From: Candidatus Omnitrophota bacterium
GTDB taxonomy: Bacteria; Omnitrophota; Gorgyraeia; Zapsychrales; JANLHA01
DNA length: 57,811 nucleotides
Assembly (NCBI GenBank): GCA_040753435.1
Contig: JBFMEN010000071.1
Coordinates: 1 to 57,811, forward strand
Reading direction: 5' to 3'
A program made the translations under genes and the position numbers. Below are positions 1 to 10,360 of the stretch, in pieces. The notes beneath the pieces are model-generated. The model ran no database searches and was not told the DNA's origin. It saw only the letters and a list, made by a program, of their open reading frames with translations. Positions within the stretch are counted from its first letter, which is position 1. Each line of letters begins with the position of its first letter.

Positions 1-331
1 GAAAAAACATGGAAACAAAAATCGCCAACGCCATGCGTTTTGCCTATCTCTCCGGTAACATCAATTCTGAGGCAACGAATCCTAAATTCCCTCTTCACGA
101 GTAACATCTAATTATGAGTCAACTGGAGCATCCCCAAAACCAATCGTCTTGTTCCCTAGGTATTTATTCTAAAAAACGGCTTTGGCAACAAAGGCAAAAG
201 GAACCATTTTTTTTGATTAAATTTCATAAAAAATTAAACCTTTTTAAAAGAGAGCGGTTTCTTAAATACTCTTTTTCCTGATTGTTTTAGCTTATTTTTA
301 TAATATACTTTTTATATACAAAAATCATGCT

Positions 332-2854
332 ATGAAAAAAATATTCTTTGCGATTATTATTTTTGTTACCGCTATTTCCGCCGTATCCGCTGATACGGTG
401 GCGTTTACCGCACTTTATCCCACTCCCCAAGGGAGCTTCGATTCATTCAAACTGATTCCGCAGTCGGAAACCGCAACTGGCACCGGTTCTCTGGGCCAAC
501 CCTGCCAGGTTCCCGGAAAAATCTTTTTCAGCCTGGAGAACAATACCCACTATTCTTGCAATAAGAACCTGCTGGAGGGAACGAGCGGATATTCATGGGG
601 TTATCTGCCCGGGGTCTGGCGACAACAAGGGAATACAATTTTTCTTTCTGAAACGCTAAATCCTGTGACAACCTACATTGGCATCGGAACACCCGAAACC
701 TACACCACCCATAAATTAACAATCGCCAACGATGGCTCGATCGTCGCTGCCGGACCACTGTCAGGGCCTGAGGGAGTATTGAGTTATTTTAACAATCTTA
801 CAACTTCCGGTTCCGGAACACGATTTATCTGGTGGCCTGAAAAAGCAGCCGTGCGCGCCGGTGGTATTCAAACGGCACCCGATCACCTGGATTACGCGAT
901 TAATTCGTTGTTTTTCACGCCGGCCTGGGATGCCGCTTCAATTGCCAATTATTCCGTGGCCTTCGGTATCAACAATGAGGCCAGGGGTCCTTATTCGGGG
1001 ATCCTCGGAGGAGAGTATAACCTCATTGACATGCCGGCGCTCCACAGCGTGATTTTAAACAGCGCGCTCAGTGCATCCATTACCCTGGCAAGCATAGCAA
1101 GCGTCTCGGCGGGCGGAACAATTGCAGACTCCACTCACAGCTTCGCGTCAGGAACACATGCCGAAATTAGCCAAAGCAATTACTCTGCGATTTTGAATTC
1201 CGGCGGGATCGCCCGCGCGCCTTACAGTTTTATCGGCGGGGCGGTTCCCAATCCGGATTCGAGCTATAACCCCTGGGAAGTCCTCGGCGAATTAACCACC
1301 CTGTCCAACCTTGAAATCCAGATCTTTCCCGACACATGCGCCGCTGTTGACAACTCTTACGGCGCCCTGATAACCAACGGACTATGTCCCTCCGAAATGT
1401 GTGAGGACGACAGGCCTATATCCCATGGAACCTTCCTCGGCGGATACGGGGTGATGAATTGCTCGGAATACGGGTTCACAGGCGGCGGAAGCCAGCATAT
1501 GATGCACGAATCTCCTTTAAGCGTTATCGGCGGAGGACAACGCAACTCAATGATTTACGGCTATAACAACACCATTCTCGGAGGCGAAAACAACCGGGCC
1601 GGCGGAGGACAACTCCCCCTGCCCCCTGCCTCGCCGGCAGTAATGCATTATGGAAGTTATCAGTTCATCGGCGGCGGCAAAGACAACATCGTTCACACCG
1701 ATTACAGCGTAGTGGCCGGCGGAGAAAACAACGAAGCCGGGTCTCTGAAAAACAGCGGGCTCCATGCGACCCATGCCGCTGTCGGCGGAGGCAAAGGAAA
1801 CAAGTCCTGGGGGAAAGCCTCTTTCATCGGCGGCGGAGAAAACAACCGTATCGGAGCCTGCGGCGACGCAAATTGCTCGACCATAATAAATGACCCTTCC
1901 GATAACAGCGGCAGCCACGCCGTCATCATGGGAGGAAAAAATAACAGAAACGCCGGCGACTATGCCTTCATCGGCGCCGGGGAAAATAACACCATCACTG
2001 AAAACGGCGATTACTCCGTCATTGAGGGAGGAAAGAATGTCACCGTGAACGGCGCTTACTCCTGGGCGTTCGGAAAAAACGTTGTCGTCAACGCGGATAA
2101 TTCCTGGGTGTTCGGCTTCACGAATGATGACGCCGATCCCATTACTGTCGATAAAAACAATGTGGTCATCTTTTATAACGAAGACGCGCCGGTTTTCCTG
2201 TCAAACCATATTGTCACCAATACGGTTTTGAATTTTCTTCAACCCGGAGAGTTGCCGGAGACCTGGGGGGTCAACGCCGTGGTCGAGGTCGGATCGCTGA
2301 AAGCGGAAACCCTGATCTTGACCGAGCCGCCTGTCTCCACAACGCCGATCGCCAATCTTTCCATCATAAACGACTGCCTTCCCACCGGATACGGAGCTTG
2401 CATCGGACAGGAAGACCTCGCAGAGGTGTTTGATTCTTCCGAAGAGGTCTCTCCCGGGGATCTGCTTGTGTTGGACGATAACAGCCGGGAAATCATCCTT
2501 GCCAAAAGCCGGCGGGCTTATGACGGGAATATCATAGGTGTCGTTTCTTCATCACCGGCCATGATCTTTAACGACGAGGCGCTTGTATCCGATTTTTCAA
2601 CGACGGCAGAAAAAACAATAAAACCTCCCGTCGCTTTAACCGGCCAGGTCCCGTGCAAAGTGACTTTGGAAAACGGTCCCATCGCCTACGGCGATCTGCT
2701 CACTTCGTCCTCAACGCCCGGGCATGCGATGAAAGCGACGGACCGCGAACGATCATTAGGCGCGGTCGTAGGAAAGGCCCTGGAGCCATTTGATGAAAAA
2801 ACGAACAAAGGGGCAGAGACAGGAATGATTACCATTTTTGTCTCTTTACAATAA
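332..2854 (+). CDS. Secreted Gly-rich fibre/adhesin-like protein with C-terminal peptidase G2 (intramolecular chaperone, autocleavage) domain; paralogue 1
   Basis: Sec signal (MKKIFFAIIIFVTAISAVSA-D); GSGTRFIWWPEKAAVRAG motif; many IGGGxxN repeats; C-terminal EDLAEVF...GDLLVL...IIGVVS...VALTGQVPCKV...GDLLTSS..PGHAMKA. Confidence 0.75.
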   Translation: MKKIFFAIIIFVTAISAVSADTVAFTALYPTPQGSFDSFKLIPQSETATGTGSLGQPCQVPGKIFFSLENNTHYSCNKNLLEGTSGYSWGYLPGVWRQQGNTIFLSETLNPVTTYIGIGTPETYTTHKLTIANDGSIVAAGPLSGPEGVLSYFNNLTTSGSGTRFIWWPEKAAVRAGGIQTAPDHLDYAINSLFFTPAWDAASIANYSVAFGINNEARGPYSGILGGEYNLIDMPALHSVILNSALSASITLASIASVSAGGTIADSTHSFASGTHAEISQSNYSAILNSGGIARAPYSFIGGAVPNPDSSYNPWEVLGELTTLSNLEIQIFPDTCAAVDNSYGALITNGLCPSEMCEDDRPISHGTFLGGYGVMNCSEYGFTGGGSQHMMHESPLSVIGGGQRNSMIYGYNNTILGGENNRAGGGQLPLPPASPAVMHYGSYQFIGGGKDNIVHTDYSVVAGGENNEAGSLKNSGLHATHAAVGGGKGNKSWGKASFIGGGENNRIGACGDANCSTIINDPSDNSGSHAVIMGGKNNRNAGDYAFIGAGENNTITENGDYSVIEGGKNVTVNGAYSWAFGKNVVVNADNSWVFGFTNDDADPITVDKNNVVIFYNEDAPVFLSNHIVTNTVLNFLQPGELPETWGVNAVVEVGSLKAETLILTEPPVSTTPIANLSIINDCLPTGYGACIGQEDLAEVFDSSEEVSPGDLLVLDDNSREIILAKSRRAYDGNIIGVVSSSPAMIFNDEALVSDFSTTAEKTIKPPVALTGQVPCKVTLENGPIAYGDLLTSSSTPGHAMKATDRERSLGAVVGKALEPFDEKTNKGAETGMITIFVSLQ

Positions 2855-2855
2855 A

Positions 2856-5159
2856 ATGAAATATCTCAAACTTATAACAATCTGCATTTTGACCGTGCCC
2901 CTGCTTGCGATATCAGCAAGCGGCGAGACGACCCTTGAAATGGAAACTTTTCACATTTCCCCCGTCAACAGATACAAAAGCCTGTCCTTCCCTCCCCGTC
3001 AACAAATAGGGACACTGGGAGGGGCATGCGCGAACAACGGAGAAATTTTTACCAGCATGGACGCGGACAGCAGTCTCGCGTATTGTAAAAACAATACCTG
3101 GTCTTACTTCCCGGGAATATGGAATCTGAACCATTCCCAGGACACTCCTCCTATAGAAACGGTTATCCTGACGGATCAATCCTCGCCGCGATCACCGAGG
3201 CTGGGCCTTGGCACAACCACTCCGCCTTTAACGTTAAGCCTTTTTGACCTGGGCGGCATTCTGGCCAAAGGCATTGAGCAGATTCCGATCGACACCGTCG
3301 GGCATTCCAATTTCGGAGATATCCTGTCCCTGGTACCCCAGGAAGACAGGCCGATTTTCTGGTGGTACCCGCAGAAAGGAGCTTTCCGGGCGCAGTATTT
3401 CAATTTAAAAACCGATGTCAGCGGCAAATGGACAAGCAACGACGGAAACACCGGTTATTATTCTACCGCTTTCGGAAATTCAAATGTTGCCGCAGGACGC
3501 GGGTCATTTGCAGCGGGAAACCTTAACCGCGCGCTGGAAGATCTTTCTTCTATCACCGGAGGAGAAAACAACCTCATTGACATTGCCGACAAGTCACCTG
3601 TCCCTGACCCTGCCGCAGCCGGTGCGGGATGGCGCACGGGTTCAACCATAGCAGGAGGCTCAGCGAACCAGATCGCCGGGACGGCGGACTTTATCGGAGG
3701 AGGCCAGTCCAACAGTATCTCTGGAGCCGACAGCAGCGCGATCGGAGGCGGATACGGCAACGCTGTCACTGGAGACTACTCCATTATTCTTGGCGGATAT
3801 CAAAACCAGAATAACAGCGACTCCAGCATGATTTCAGGCGGGTATCAGAATATTATTGAAAGCGGGGCTGCTTACTCCTCCATCATCGGCGGGAAAAATA
3901 ACCGGATCAAAACCGGATCCGACCACTCTTTGATACTCGGAGGAGAGTCAACACTGACCGGCAGCGGAAGCGTATTGGCCAATGGCGGACATTATCCGAT
4001 AACACTAACATCGGCAGGAAGCTATTTGTTTTTCACAGGCAATCATTACAATTATTATCTGGCCAATGGCAACGGAGAAACCACGATTCCCGGAGGATTC
4101 GAAAGAAAAGCAGGGACTTATGCCGTTCACCTTCTGGGGACGCTCAATGAACAAGTAAACGCTCAATTGGTCTCTGACTTCTCAACTGTTTTAGGGGTAA
4201 CCGCTCCCTTAACTTACAGCGGTGGCGGATCAGGAGATCATTCAGTCGTGGTTAGTCCATCGACGGCCCCTGGCGGAGATGAGCTCGTGAACTTCAATAA
4301 AACCGTCAACGCCCCCTACTCCTTTTCTACAAGCGGAGGTGGAATATTCGCTTATGCTTCAGGGTCCCATTCTGTTTTTCATGGCGGCGGTATAGGAAAT
4401 TCAACATGGTCTTTCGCCCCCGGATTTTCAGATTGTTCCGGCAGTTTTACCAAGGCCAATAATTCTTTTATTTTTTCACCGGGGAATAACGTCATCATGA
4501 ATTGGGATAACGACAACACCTACGCCATTTTCGCCGCCTGTTCCGGCGCCAACGTTTCAAAAGGCATTGGCATCGCGATCGGAGTCCAGGGGGCGTCGAG
4601 CCTGGATCCTTCCGAGGAGCAGCTTAAAGTGAGCGGAAAGGTCCGTTCCAGAAAATTCAAGATCGGCTATATCCCTGCGGTCGGAGGAAGCGCGCTCTAT
4701 CACGACAGCGGAACCAAAGCGGTTTTTCATAACGACCTGGCGGAAGTTTTTACGTCCATTCAAGATGTCGAGCCCGGCGATATAGTCACGATCCATCCGG
4801 ATGGAAACAAGCTTGTAAAAAGCGCCGTGCCCTATGATCCGGCTGTTATCGGCATCGTTTCACTGATGCCGGCCGTCCTTTTTGAAGGAGACCAGATCTT
4901 GCTGCCGCCGGAAGCGCCGACTCAAGCGACGTCGCGGCCTCCGGTTTCATTAGCCGGACGGGTTAAAGTCAAGGTGTGCACGGAAAACGGTCCGATCCGG
5001 AGAGGGGATTTGTTAACGACGTCCTCGATTCCGGGGACCGGGATGAAGGCCGACAAGACAATCAGGGCTGAACACGCGATTGTCGCAAAGGCCCTGGAAG
5101 ATTTCAATCCCGATGGAGAAACGACCGGAACGATTGTGGCCGTCATAATGGTGAGATAG
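2856..5159 (+). CDS. Secreted Gly-rich fibre/adhesin-like protein with peptidase G2-like C-terminal domain; paralogue 2
   Basis: ATG 2856 one base after the previous TAA (preferred over TTG 2838); signal peptide; FWWYPQKGAFRA; GGxxN repeats; NDLAEVF...VSLAGRVKVKV...GDLLTTS..PGTGMKA. Confidence 0.75.
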   Translation: MKYLKLITICILTVPLLAISASGETTLEMETFHISPVNRYKSLSFPPRQQIGTLGGACANNGEIFTSMDADSSLAYCKNNTWSYFPGIWNLNHSQDTPPIETVILTDQSSPRSPRLGLGTTTPPLTLSLFDLGGILAKGIEQIPIDTVGHSNFGDILSLVPQEDRPIFWWYPQKGAFRAQYFNLKTDVSGKWTSNDGNTGYYSTAFGNSNVAAGRGSFAAGNLNRALEDLSSITGGENNLIDIADKSPVPDPAAAGAGWRTGSTIAGGSANQIAGTADFIGGGQSNSISGADSSAIGGGYGNAVTGDYSIILGGYQNQNNSDSSMISGGYQNIIESGAAYSSIIGGKNNRIKTGSDHSLILGGESTLTGSGSVLANGGHYPITLTSAGSYLFFTGNHYNYYLANGNGETTIPGGFERKAGTYAVHLLGTLNEQVNAQLVSDFSTVLGVTAPLTYSGGGSGDHSVVVSPSTAPGGDELVNFNKTVNAPYSFSTSGGGIFAYASGSHSVFHGGGIGNSTWSFAPGFSDCSGSFTKANNSFIFSPGNNVIMNWDNDNTYAIFAACSGANVSKGIGIAIGVQGASSLDPSEEQLKVSGKVRSRKFKIGYIPAVGGSALYHDSGTKAVFHNDLAEVFTSIQDVEPGDIVTIHPDGNKLVKSAVPYDPAVIGIVSLMPAVLFEGDQILLPPEAPTQATSRPPVSLAGRVKVKVCTENGPIRRGDLLTTSSIPGTGMKADKTIRAEHAIVAKALEDFNPDGETTGTIVAVIMVR

Positions 5160-7580
5160 ATGAAAAAAAGAACGCTCATGATAATTTGTTTGCTCTCCCT
5201 GCTCTTCGCCGCGCCAATTGCGGCCCAGACAAAATCTATTACCATGCGCGCCTTTTTCCCTGAACCCATCGGAACCTATGACCGCATCCTGCTTCGCGAG
5301 GTAAACATCGATCCGATGACCGCCACGGATTGTGATGTGGGCGCCCTCTACGCAAGAACAAGGCTCGTCCTGCCCGAGATCCAGACCATCTACGCCTGCT
5401 ACGACAACGACAACTATTTCCCGGAACCCGGTTCATGGAAAATCATTCGGGGCGTCTGGTCATATCAACCCCGAGACGGCGAGTCCGTTGGAACTATTGA
5501 CCGGATCTATCCGACTGCTAATTCCTCAAACCTGCGTTTCAACATCACCCCGACTTCAGCGTTAACCGAACCCGAATTCCGGCTCACGATGGATAATGAC
5601 GGGGGAATTCTTTCGGTAGGTTCTCTGATCGCCGACGGACAACAATATACCCAGCTGCCGCTGAGCGAATTTCCGGGTATTACCTATGGTTCCGGAACCC
5701 GTTTATTATGGTATCCGGCAAAATCAGCTTTTCGCGCCGGCCATTTATCCGAAACAGTGCCCGATTACTGGAACGACGCCGAGATCGGCAATTTTTCGGC
5801 CGCCATGGGCCGGAATCAGCGCGCCTCTGCCGATTACGCCATGATTTTAAGCGGCAGCGGCAACATTATTGACGCTTTGGGCACGGCATCAACGATCGCA
5901 GGCGGAACGGATAACCAGATTAGATCAGTCTCAGCGGATTACACCGGCGCATATGGCATTATCGGCGGCGGGCAGGCGAATATAATCATGGGCAGTGACA
6001 ACCGGGACGCTAAATTCAGCTTCATCGGCGGCGGACAAGCCAACGAAGTCAGAAGCAGGTGGGGCGTCGTTATCGGCGGGAAGAGCAATAAGAAATTAGG
6101 AAATATATACTACGCCGATTACAGCGTCATCGGCGGCGGGGAAAACAATATGATCGGCAACTCAGCAGCTCCGACCGAAGAAGACAACCATCCCAACATC
6201 GTCGTAGGAGGAAAAGACAACGTCGTCGACATCAGAAATAATCAGGCTTCGGGAAGTATCGGCGGGGGCATGTATAATAAGGTTCTTGTCGCTCCTCTCT
6301 ATCCAGCCACCCGTTTCTCGCATTCCCTGATCCTCGGCGGAGGCTCTTTTGCGACAACCGATGGCAACACGATTGACGGGGATTCCAACATCATCGCGGG
6401 AGGAGAAAATAATGCGATCGGAAACTCGGGTGACACTTTTGATCACCACTCCTCATTCATCGGTGGAGGAAAGGATAACGTGGTCGAGGCATATGAATCT
6501 TGCCTTTTTGGCGGAGAAGGCGGCATCATTGACGGTGATACAAGCGGTTCAGGCGTTATTATCGGCGGAAAAAATAACCGGCTTAATATCACAACTTCTT
6601 CCCTGACCCCTCCTTTTATCGGCGGCGGAGAGGGCAACATGGCTTCCTTCCGCGCCTCCATTTGCGGAGGAAATAATAACCAATGCGATATGAACAACGG
6701 ATTCATCGGGGGCGGACAGAACAACGGATGCTGGGTCATGGGCGGCTCGGGCAACGCGGGGGCCAGCGGCAACGTAGGGGTCAGCGGCGGGAAAAATATG
6801 CAGGGCGGGGCTCAATATCTCTGGGGGCATTCGGACGCCCCGTTCTCGATCGTGCCCGCGGTCAACGCCTTCATCATTTATGACAACAACGACATCCGCG
6901 ATGACGATAATGACGGCGATAACGAACTGGACGGCGAGCCCAACGATGACGATAAGTACGTGAAGGTCGGCGTACAGACATTGACCCCCCAGGAGCGGCT
7001 GGACGTTAACGGCGGAATCATAGTCAGAGGCTTTATAATGCCTGATGCCACTTTCCAGGGAACCTATCTCGGAAATGTCCCGACAGGAGTAGCGGGCGTC
7101 CAGCTCAGGCTCGACACAACAGGCGAATTCGCCCTGGATTTGGCGGAACATTTTAGAAGCGATGAAAGGCTTTCGCCCGGATCCGTAGTTATCATTAATG
7201 AAGCGACCGGAAAAGTGAGCGAATCCATTTCTCCCTACAGCCGAAATGTCGTCGGCATCGTTTCGACCTCCCCCGCCATGGTTTTTGAAAACAGCCGCAT
7301 CATCATCAATCCCAAAGGCGATGAAACCCCGTCCGTTAATCAGGGGACTACCAGCCGGATCGCATTAAAGGGGCGCGTGCCGGTTAAAGTCACGCTTGAG
7401 AACGGGCCGATCAAACCGGGAGATCCATTAACATCTTCCTCGCTTGCCGGTCATGCCATGAAATCAGCAGATCCTGAAAAATCCTGGGGGACAACCATCG
7501 GAAAGGCGCTTGAAGGGTTCTCCGGCGGACCGGAAGGCCAAAGCGAAGGCGTGATCACTGCGTTCGTTACTTTATATTAA
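5160..7580 (+). CDS. Secreted Gly-rich fibre/adhesin-like protein with peptidase G2-like C-terminal domain; paralogue 3
   Basis: ATG abuts the previous TAG; signal peptide; GSGTRLLWYPAKSAFRAG; IGGGxxN repeats; VGVQTLTPQERLDVNG; LDLAEHF...IALKGRVPVKV...GDPLTSS..AGHAMKS. Confidence 0.75.
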   Translation: MKKRTLMIICLLSLLFAAPIAAQTKSITMRAFFPEPIGTYDRILLREVNIDPMTATDCDVGALYARTRLVLPEIQTIYACYDNDNYFPEPGSWKIIRGVWSYQPRDGESVGTIDRIYPTANSSNLRFNITPTSALTEPEFRLTMDNDGGILSVGSLIADGQQYTQLPLSEFPGITYGSGTRLLWYPAKSAFRAGHLSETVPDYWNDAEIGNFSAAMGRNQRASADYAMILSGSGNIIDALGTASTIAGGTDNQIRSVSADYTGAYGIIGGGQANIIMGSDNRDAKFSFIGGGQANEVRSRWGVVIGGKSNKKLGNIYYADYSVIGGGENNMIGNSAAPTEEDNHPNIVVGGKDNVVDIRNNQASGSIGGGMYNKVLVAPLYPATRFSHSLILGGGSFATTDGNTIDGDSNIIAGGENNAIGNSGDTFDHHSSFIGGGKDNVVEAYESCLFGGEGGIIDGDTSGSGVIIGGKNNRLNITTSSLTPPFIGGGEGNMASFRASICGGNNNQCDMNNGFIGGGQNNGCWVMGGSGNAGASGNVGVSGGKNMQGGAQYLWGHSDAPFSIVPAVNAFIIYDNNDIRDDDNDGDNELDGEPNDDDKYVKVGVQTLTPQERLDVNGGIIVRGFIMPDATFQGTYLGNVPTGVAGVQLRLDTTGEFALDLAEHFRSDERLSPGSVVIINEATGKVSESISPYSRNVVGIVSTSPAMVFENSRIIINPKGDETPSVNQGTTSRIALKGRVPVKVTLENGPIKPGDPLTSSSLAGHAMKSADPEKSWGTTIGKALEGFSGGPEGQSEGVITAFVTLY

Positions 7581-7629
7581 AAAAAATCTGAAAGTGGATA
7601 GCGTTAAAGAAGAAATATAAAAACAAGGT

Positions 7630-8313
7630 TCACAAACTCTGCAAATCCGAATTCTTTAAATTTATCAATAAAACGATTTCACCTTTCACCGTCTTTTGAG
7701 AAAAATACTCAAAAACCTCACGTGCGCTTCCTTTTTTCACCTCTTCGAATTTCTTCGTCGCTTCCCTGACGACGCAAACAACGGGATTCTCCAAAACATC
7801 TCCGATGTCGTTCAGGCTCTTTAATAAACGATACGGGGATTCATAACAAATGAGCGTGCCTTCTTTGCCCTTCCACGAATCAATCTTTGAACGGCGGGCG
7901 GAAGATTTAACGGGCAGAAAACCTTCAAAACAAAACTTGTCCGTCGGAAAACCGGAGAGGCTCAAGGCGGCGATCGCGGCGCACGGGCCGGGGACCACCG
8001 TAACAGGAATCCCTTCACGCCGGGCCGCTTCAACAAGACGGTACCCGGGGTCACTGATGCCGGGAGTGCCGGCGTCGGAAACAAGAGCCACGGTCTTCCC
8101 CTGTTTCATGAGTCCGGTCAAATAATCCGCTTTCTTAGCCTCATTATGTTCAAAATAACTGGTTTGGGGGGTATCAATGCCGTAATGTTTTAAAAGAATT
8201 CCCGTGTGACGGGTGTCTTCAGCCGCGATGAGGTCGACACTTTTCAGGACCTCAACCGCGCGAAAGGTCATGTCTTTTAAATTTCCGATAGGAGTGGAGA
8301 CGATATATAACAT
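7630..8313 (-). CDS. rsmI: 16S rRNA (cytidine1402-2'-O)-methyltransferase
   Basis: MLYIVSTPIGNLKD, AAEDTRHT, VSDAGTPGISDPG, YESPYR, KGEIVL motifs. Confidence 0.95.
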   Translation of the reverse strand: MLYIVSTPIGNLKDMTFRAVEVLKSVDLIAAEDTRHTGILLKHYGIDTPQTSYFEHNEAKKADYLTGLMKQGKTVALVSDAGTPGISDPGYRLVEAARREGIPVTVVPGPCAAIAALSLSGFPTDKFCFEGFLPVKSSARRSKIDSWKGKEGTLICYESPYRLLKSLNDIGDVLENPVVCVVREATKKFEEVKKGSAREVFEYFSQKTVKGEIVLLINLKNSDLQSL

Positions 8314-8379
8314 AGAAAATGAGAACACGGACACGGAGCGCTTTTTTCCCGGCCGCCGGGCTCTTTTAAAATTTATTGT

Positions 8380-10266
8380 CTATTCGACTGTAACTGATTT
8401 CGCCAGATTTCTCGGTTGATCGACGTCACAATTCAAGGCCACGGCAATATAATATGCCAGCAACTGAAACGGCAGGGCTACAAGCAACGGAGTCAATATG
8501 TTTTTAGTTTTGGGAATGTAAATGACGTGATTGGCGTGCCGCTGAACAACTTCATCGCCTTCCGTGGCTATGGCGATCATTTTTCCCCGTCTGGCCCTGA
8601 TTTCCTGCATATTCGAAATCATTTTGTCATATGTGTCGGATTGCGGGGTGATGCAGACGACAGCCCGGTACTCATCGATCAGAGCGATCGGACCATGCTT
8701 CATTTCCCCTGCCGCGTAACCTTCTGCAGGGATGTAAGAAATCTCTTTCAGCTTCAAGGCCCCTTCAAGGGCGGAAGGATAATTGACATTCCGGCCAAGA
8801 TAAAGAAAACATCCGAAATGGGAATTTTTCCTGGCGATCTTCTGAATATGGGACTTTTTCACCAGAATCTGCTCATAGGCGTCAGGTATCTTCTCCAGGG
8901 CAGCAATCAAATCCTGATAAACGGCCTGCTTCAACTGCCCGTTTTCCCTGCCGATCTTCAACGCCAGAAGATACAGCATGGCAATCTGGGCGACATAGGC
9001 CTTGGTAGACGCAACGCCGATCTCGGGGCCGGCATGAGTGTAAAGAATCCCGTCGGATTCCCTGGCAAGGGACGACCCGACCACATTGCAGACAGAAACG
9101 ACTTTGGCACCCTGGGCGTGCGCTTCCCGCACGGCTGCGAGTGTGTCCGCAGTTTCGCCCGACTGGCTGATAGCGATTACCATAGTGTTTTTTGTTAAAA
9201 TAGGCTCCCGGTACCTGAATTCACTCGCCGCATCGACTGTGACAGGGACCCTCGCCATTCCTTCGATCAAATATTTTCCAAGAAGTCCTGCATGATAAGC
9301 TGTCCCGCAGGCAACGATGACAATATGATTAATCGTTTGCGGCAGAGTCAATTCCATCCCTTCCAGAACTACCTCTCCCCCCTTCAGGCGTTCTTTAAAC
9401 ATCCGCCGCAAAACATCGGGCTGCTCGTGAATCTCCTTAAGCATGAAATGCGCATAGCCCTGCTTTTGTACAGCATCAACGCTAAACTTCACCGTTTCTA
9501 TTTTGGGGGAAACGTCCTCGCCTGTAAAGGTGGACAACTTCACCTTATCCTTTGTCAGGAAGGCAATCTCTTTATCTTTGAGGTAAATAATCTTTTTGGT
9601 CCTATCTAAAATCGCAGGGACATCCGAAGCGATAAAGTTCTCGCCTTCTCCAATTCCGATGATAAGCGGAGAACCGACGCGCGCAGCTATAAGCGAATCG
9701 GGGCAATCATTGCATAAAATTCCCACAGCAAAAGAACCCTCGAGATCAGCGACGGCGCGGCGAACAGCCTCTTCGAACAAGGACGAAACGATTTCCCCTC
9801 CGGCTTCATTCGTCAAACCGTTATTTCCATCCGAAGTAATCTGGCTGTAATAAAACCCGATCAGATGGCTGATGACTTCCGTATCGGTTTGTGAAACGAA
9901 TTTTACGCCGGCTTCCTCAAGATTTGTTTTCAGCTGCTGATAATTTTCAATGATCCCGTTGTGGACAACCAGAAATGTTTTTGAATGATCGAAATGCGGA
10001 TGGGCATTGATCCGGTTAGGGGCGCCATGAGTCGCCCAGCGTGTGTGTGAAATTCCGATAGAACTGTTCGGTAAAGCTTTTCTCTTGATCAGGTCACGGA
10101 GCTGATTAATCTTCCCCTGTCGCTTGCGGATAACAATTCTGTTCTTTTTTAAATCGATAATCCCCAAACCGCTTGAATCATAACCCCGATATTCCAGCTT
10201 TTGAAGCCCTTCTAAAAGAATAGGAACTGCTGAGCGTGTTCCGACATATCCAATAATACCGCACAT
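8380..10266 (-). CDS. glmS: Glutamine--fructose-6-phosphate transaminase (isomerizing)
   Basis: MCGIIG, LEYRGYDSSG, HTRWATHG, SQSGETADT, GEMKHGP, PRNLAKSVTVE. Confidence 0.98.
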   Translation of the reverse strand: MCGIIGYVGTRSAVPILLEGLQKLEYRGYDSSGLGIIDLKKNRIVIRKRQGKINQLRDLIKRKALPNSSIGISHTRWATHGAPNRINAHPHFDHSKTFLVVHNGIIENYQQLKTNLEEAGVKFVSQTDTEVISHLIGFYYSQITSDGNNGLTNEAGGEIVSSLFEEAVRRAVADLEGSFAVGILCNDCPDSLIAARVGSPLIIGIGEGENFIASDVPAILDRTKKIIYLKDKEIAFLTKDKVKLSTFTGEDVSPKIETVKFSVDAVQKQGYAHFMLKEIHEQPDVLRRMFKERLKGGEVVLEGMELTLPQTINHIVIVACGTAYHAGLLGKYLIEGMARVPVTVDAASEFRYREPILTKNTMVIAISQSGETADTLAAVREAHAQGAKVVSVCNVVGSSLARESDGILYTHAGPEIGVASTKAYVAQIAMLYLLALKIGRENGQLKQAVYQDLIAALEKIPDAYEQILVKKSHIQKIARKNSHFGCFLYLGRNVNYPSALEGALKLKEISYIPAEGYAAGEMKHGPIALIDEYRAVVCITPQSDTYDKMISNMQEIRARRGKMIAIATEGDEVVQRHANHVIYIPKTKNILTPLLVALPFQLLAYYIAVALNCDVDQPRNLAKSVTVE

Positions 10267-10360
10267 GTTTCACCAAAAAGAAAGGCGAAACCAGAAGAGA
10301 GATCAGCGAACAGAACCGCCTTCGCCTTTACCCCTTCTTCTTTCGCCCCTCAAATTAAAA

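Noticed and set aside
332-7580. Prophage tail module or classical trimeric autotransporter
   Set aside because: All three genes have Sec signals, no capsid/terminase/baseplate genes lie in the window, and there is no YadA-type C-terminal anchor.
10267-10360. glmS ribozyme upstream of glmS
   Set aside because: Only ~94 bp is available, no ribozyme core was recognised, and the hairpin is made of the heptamer-type repeats seen elsewhere.
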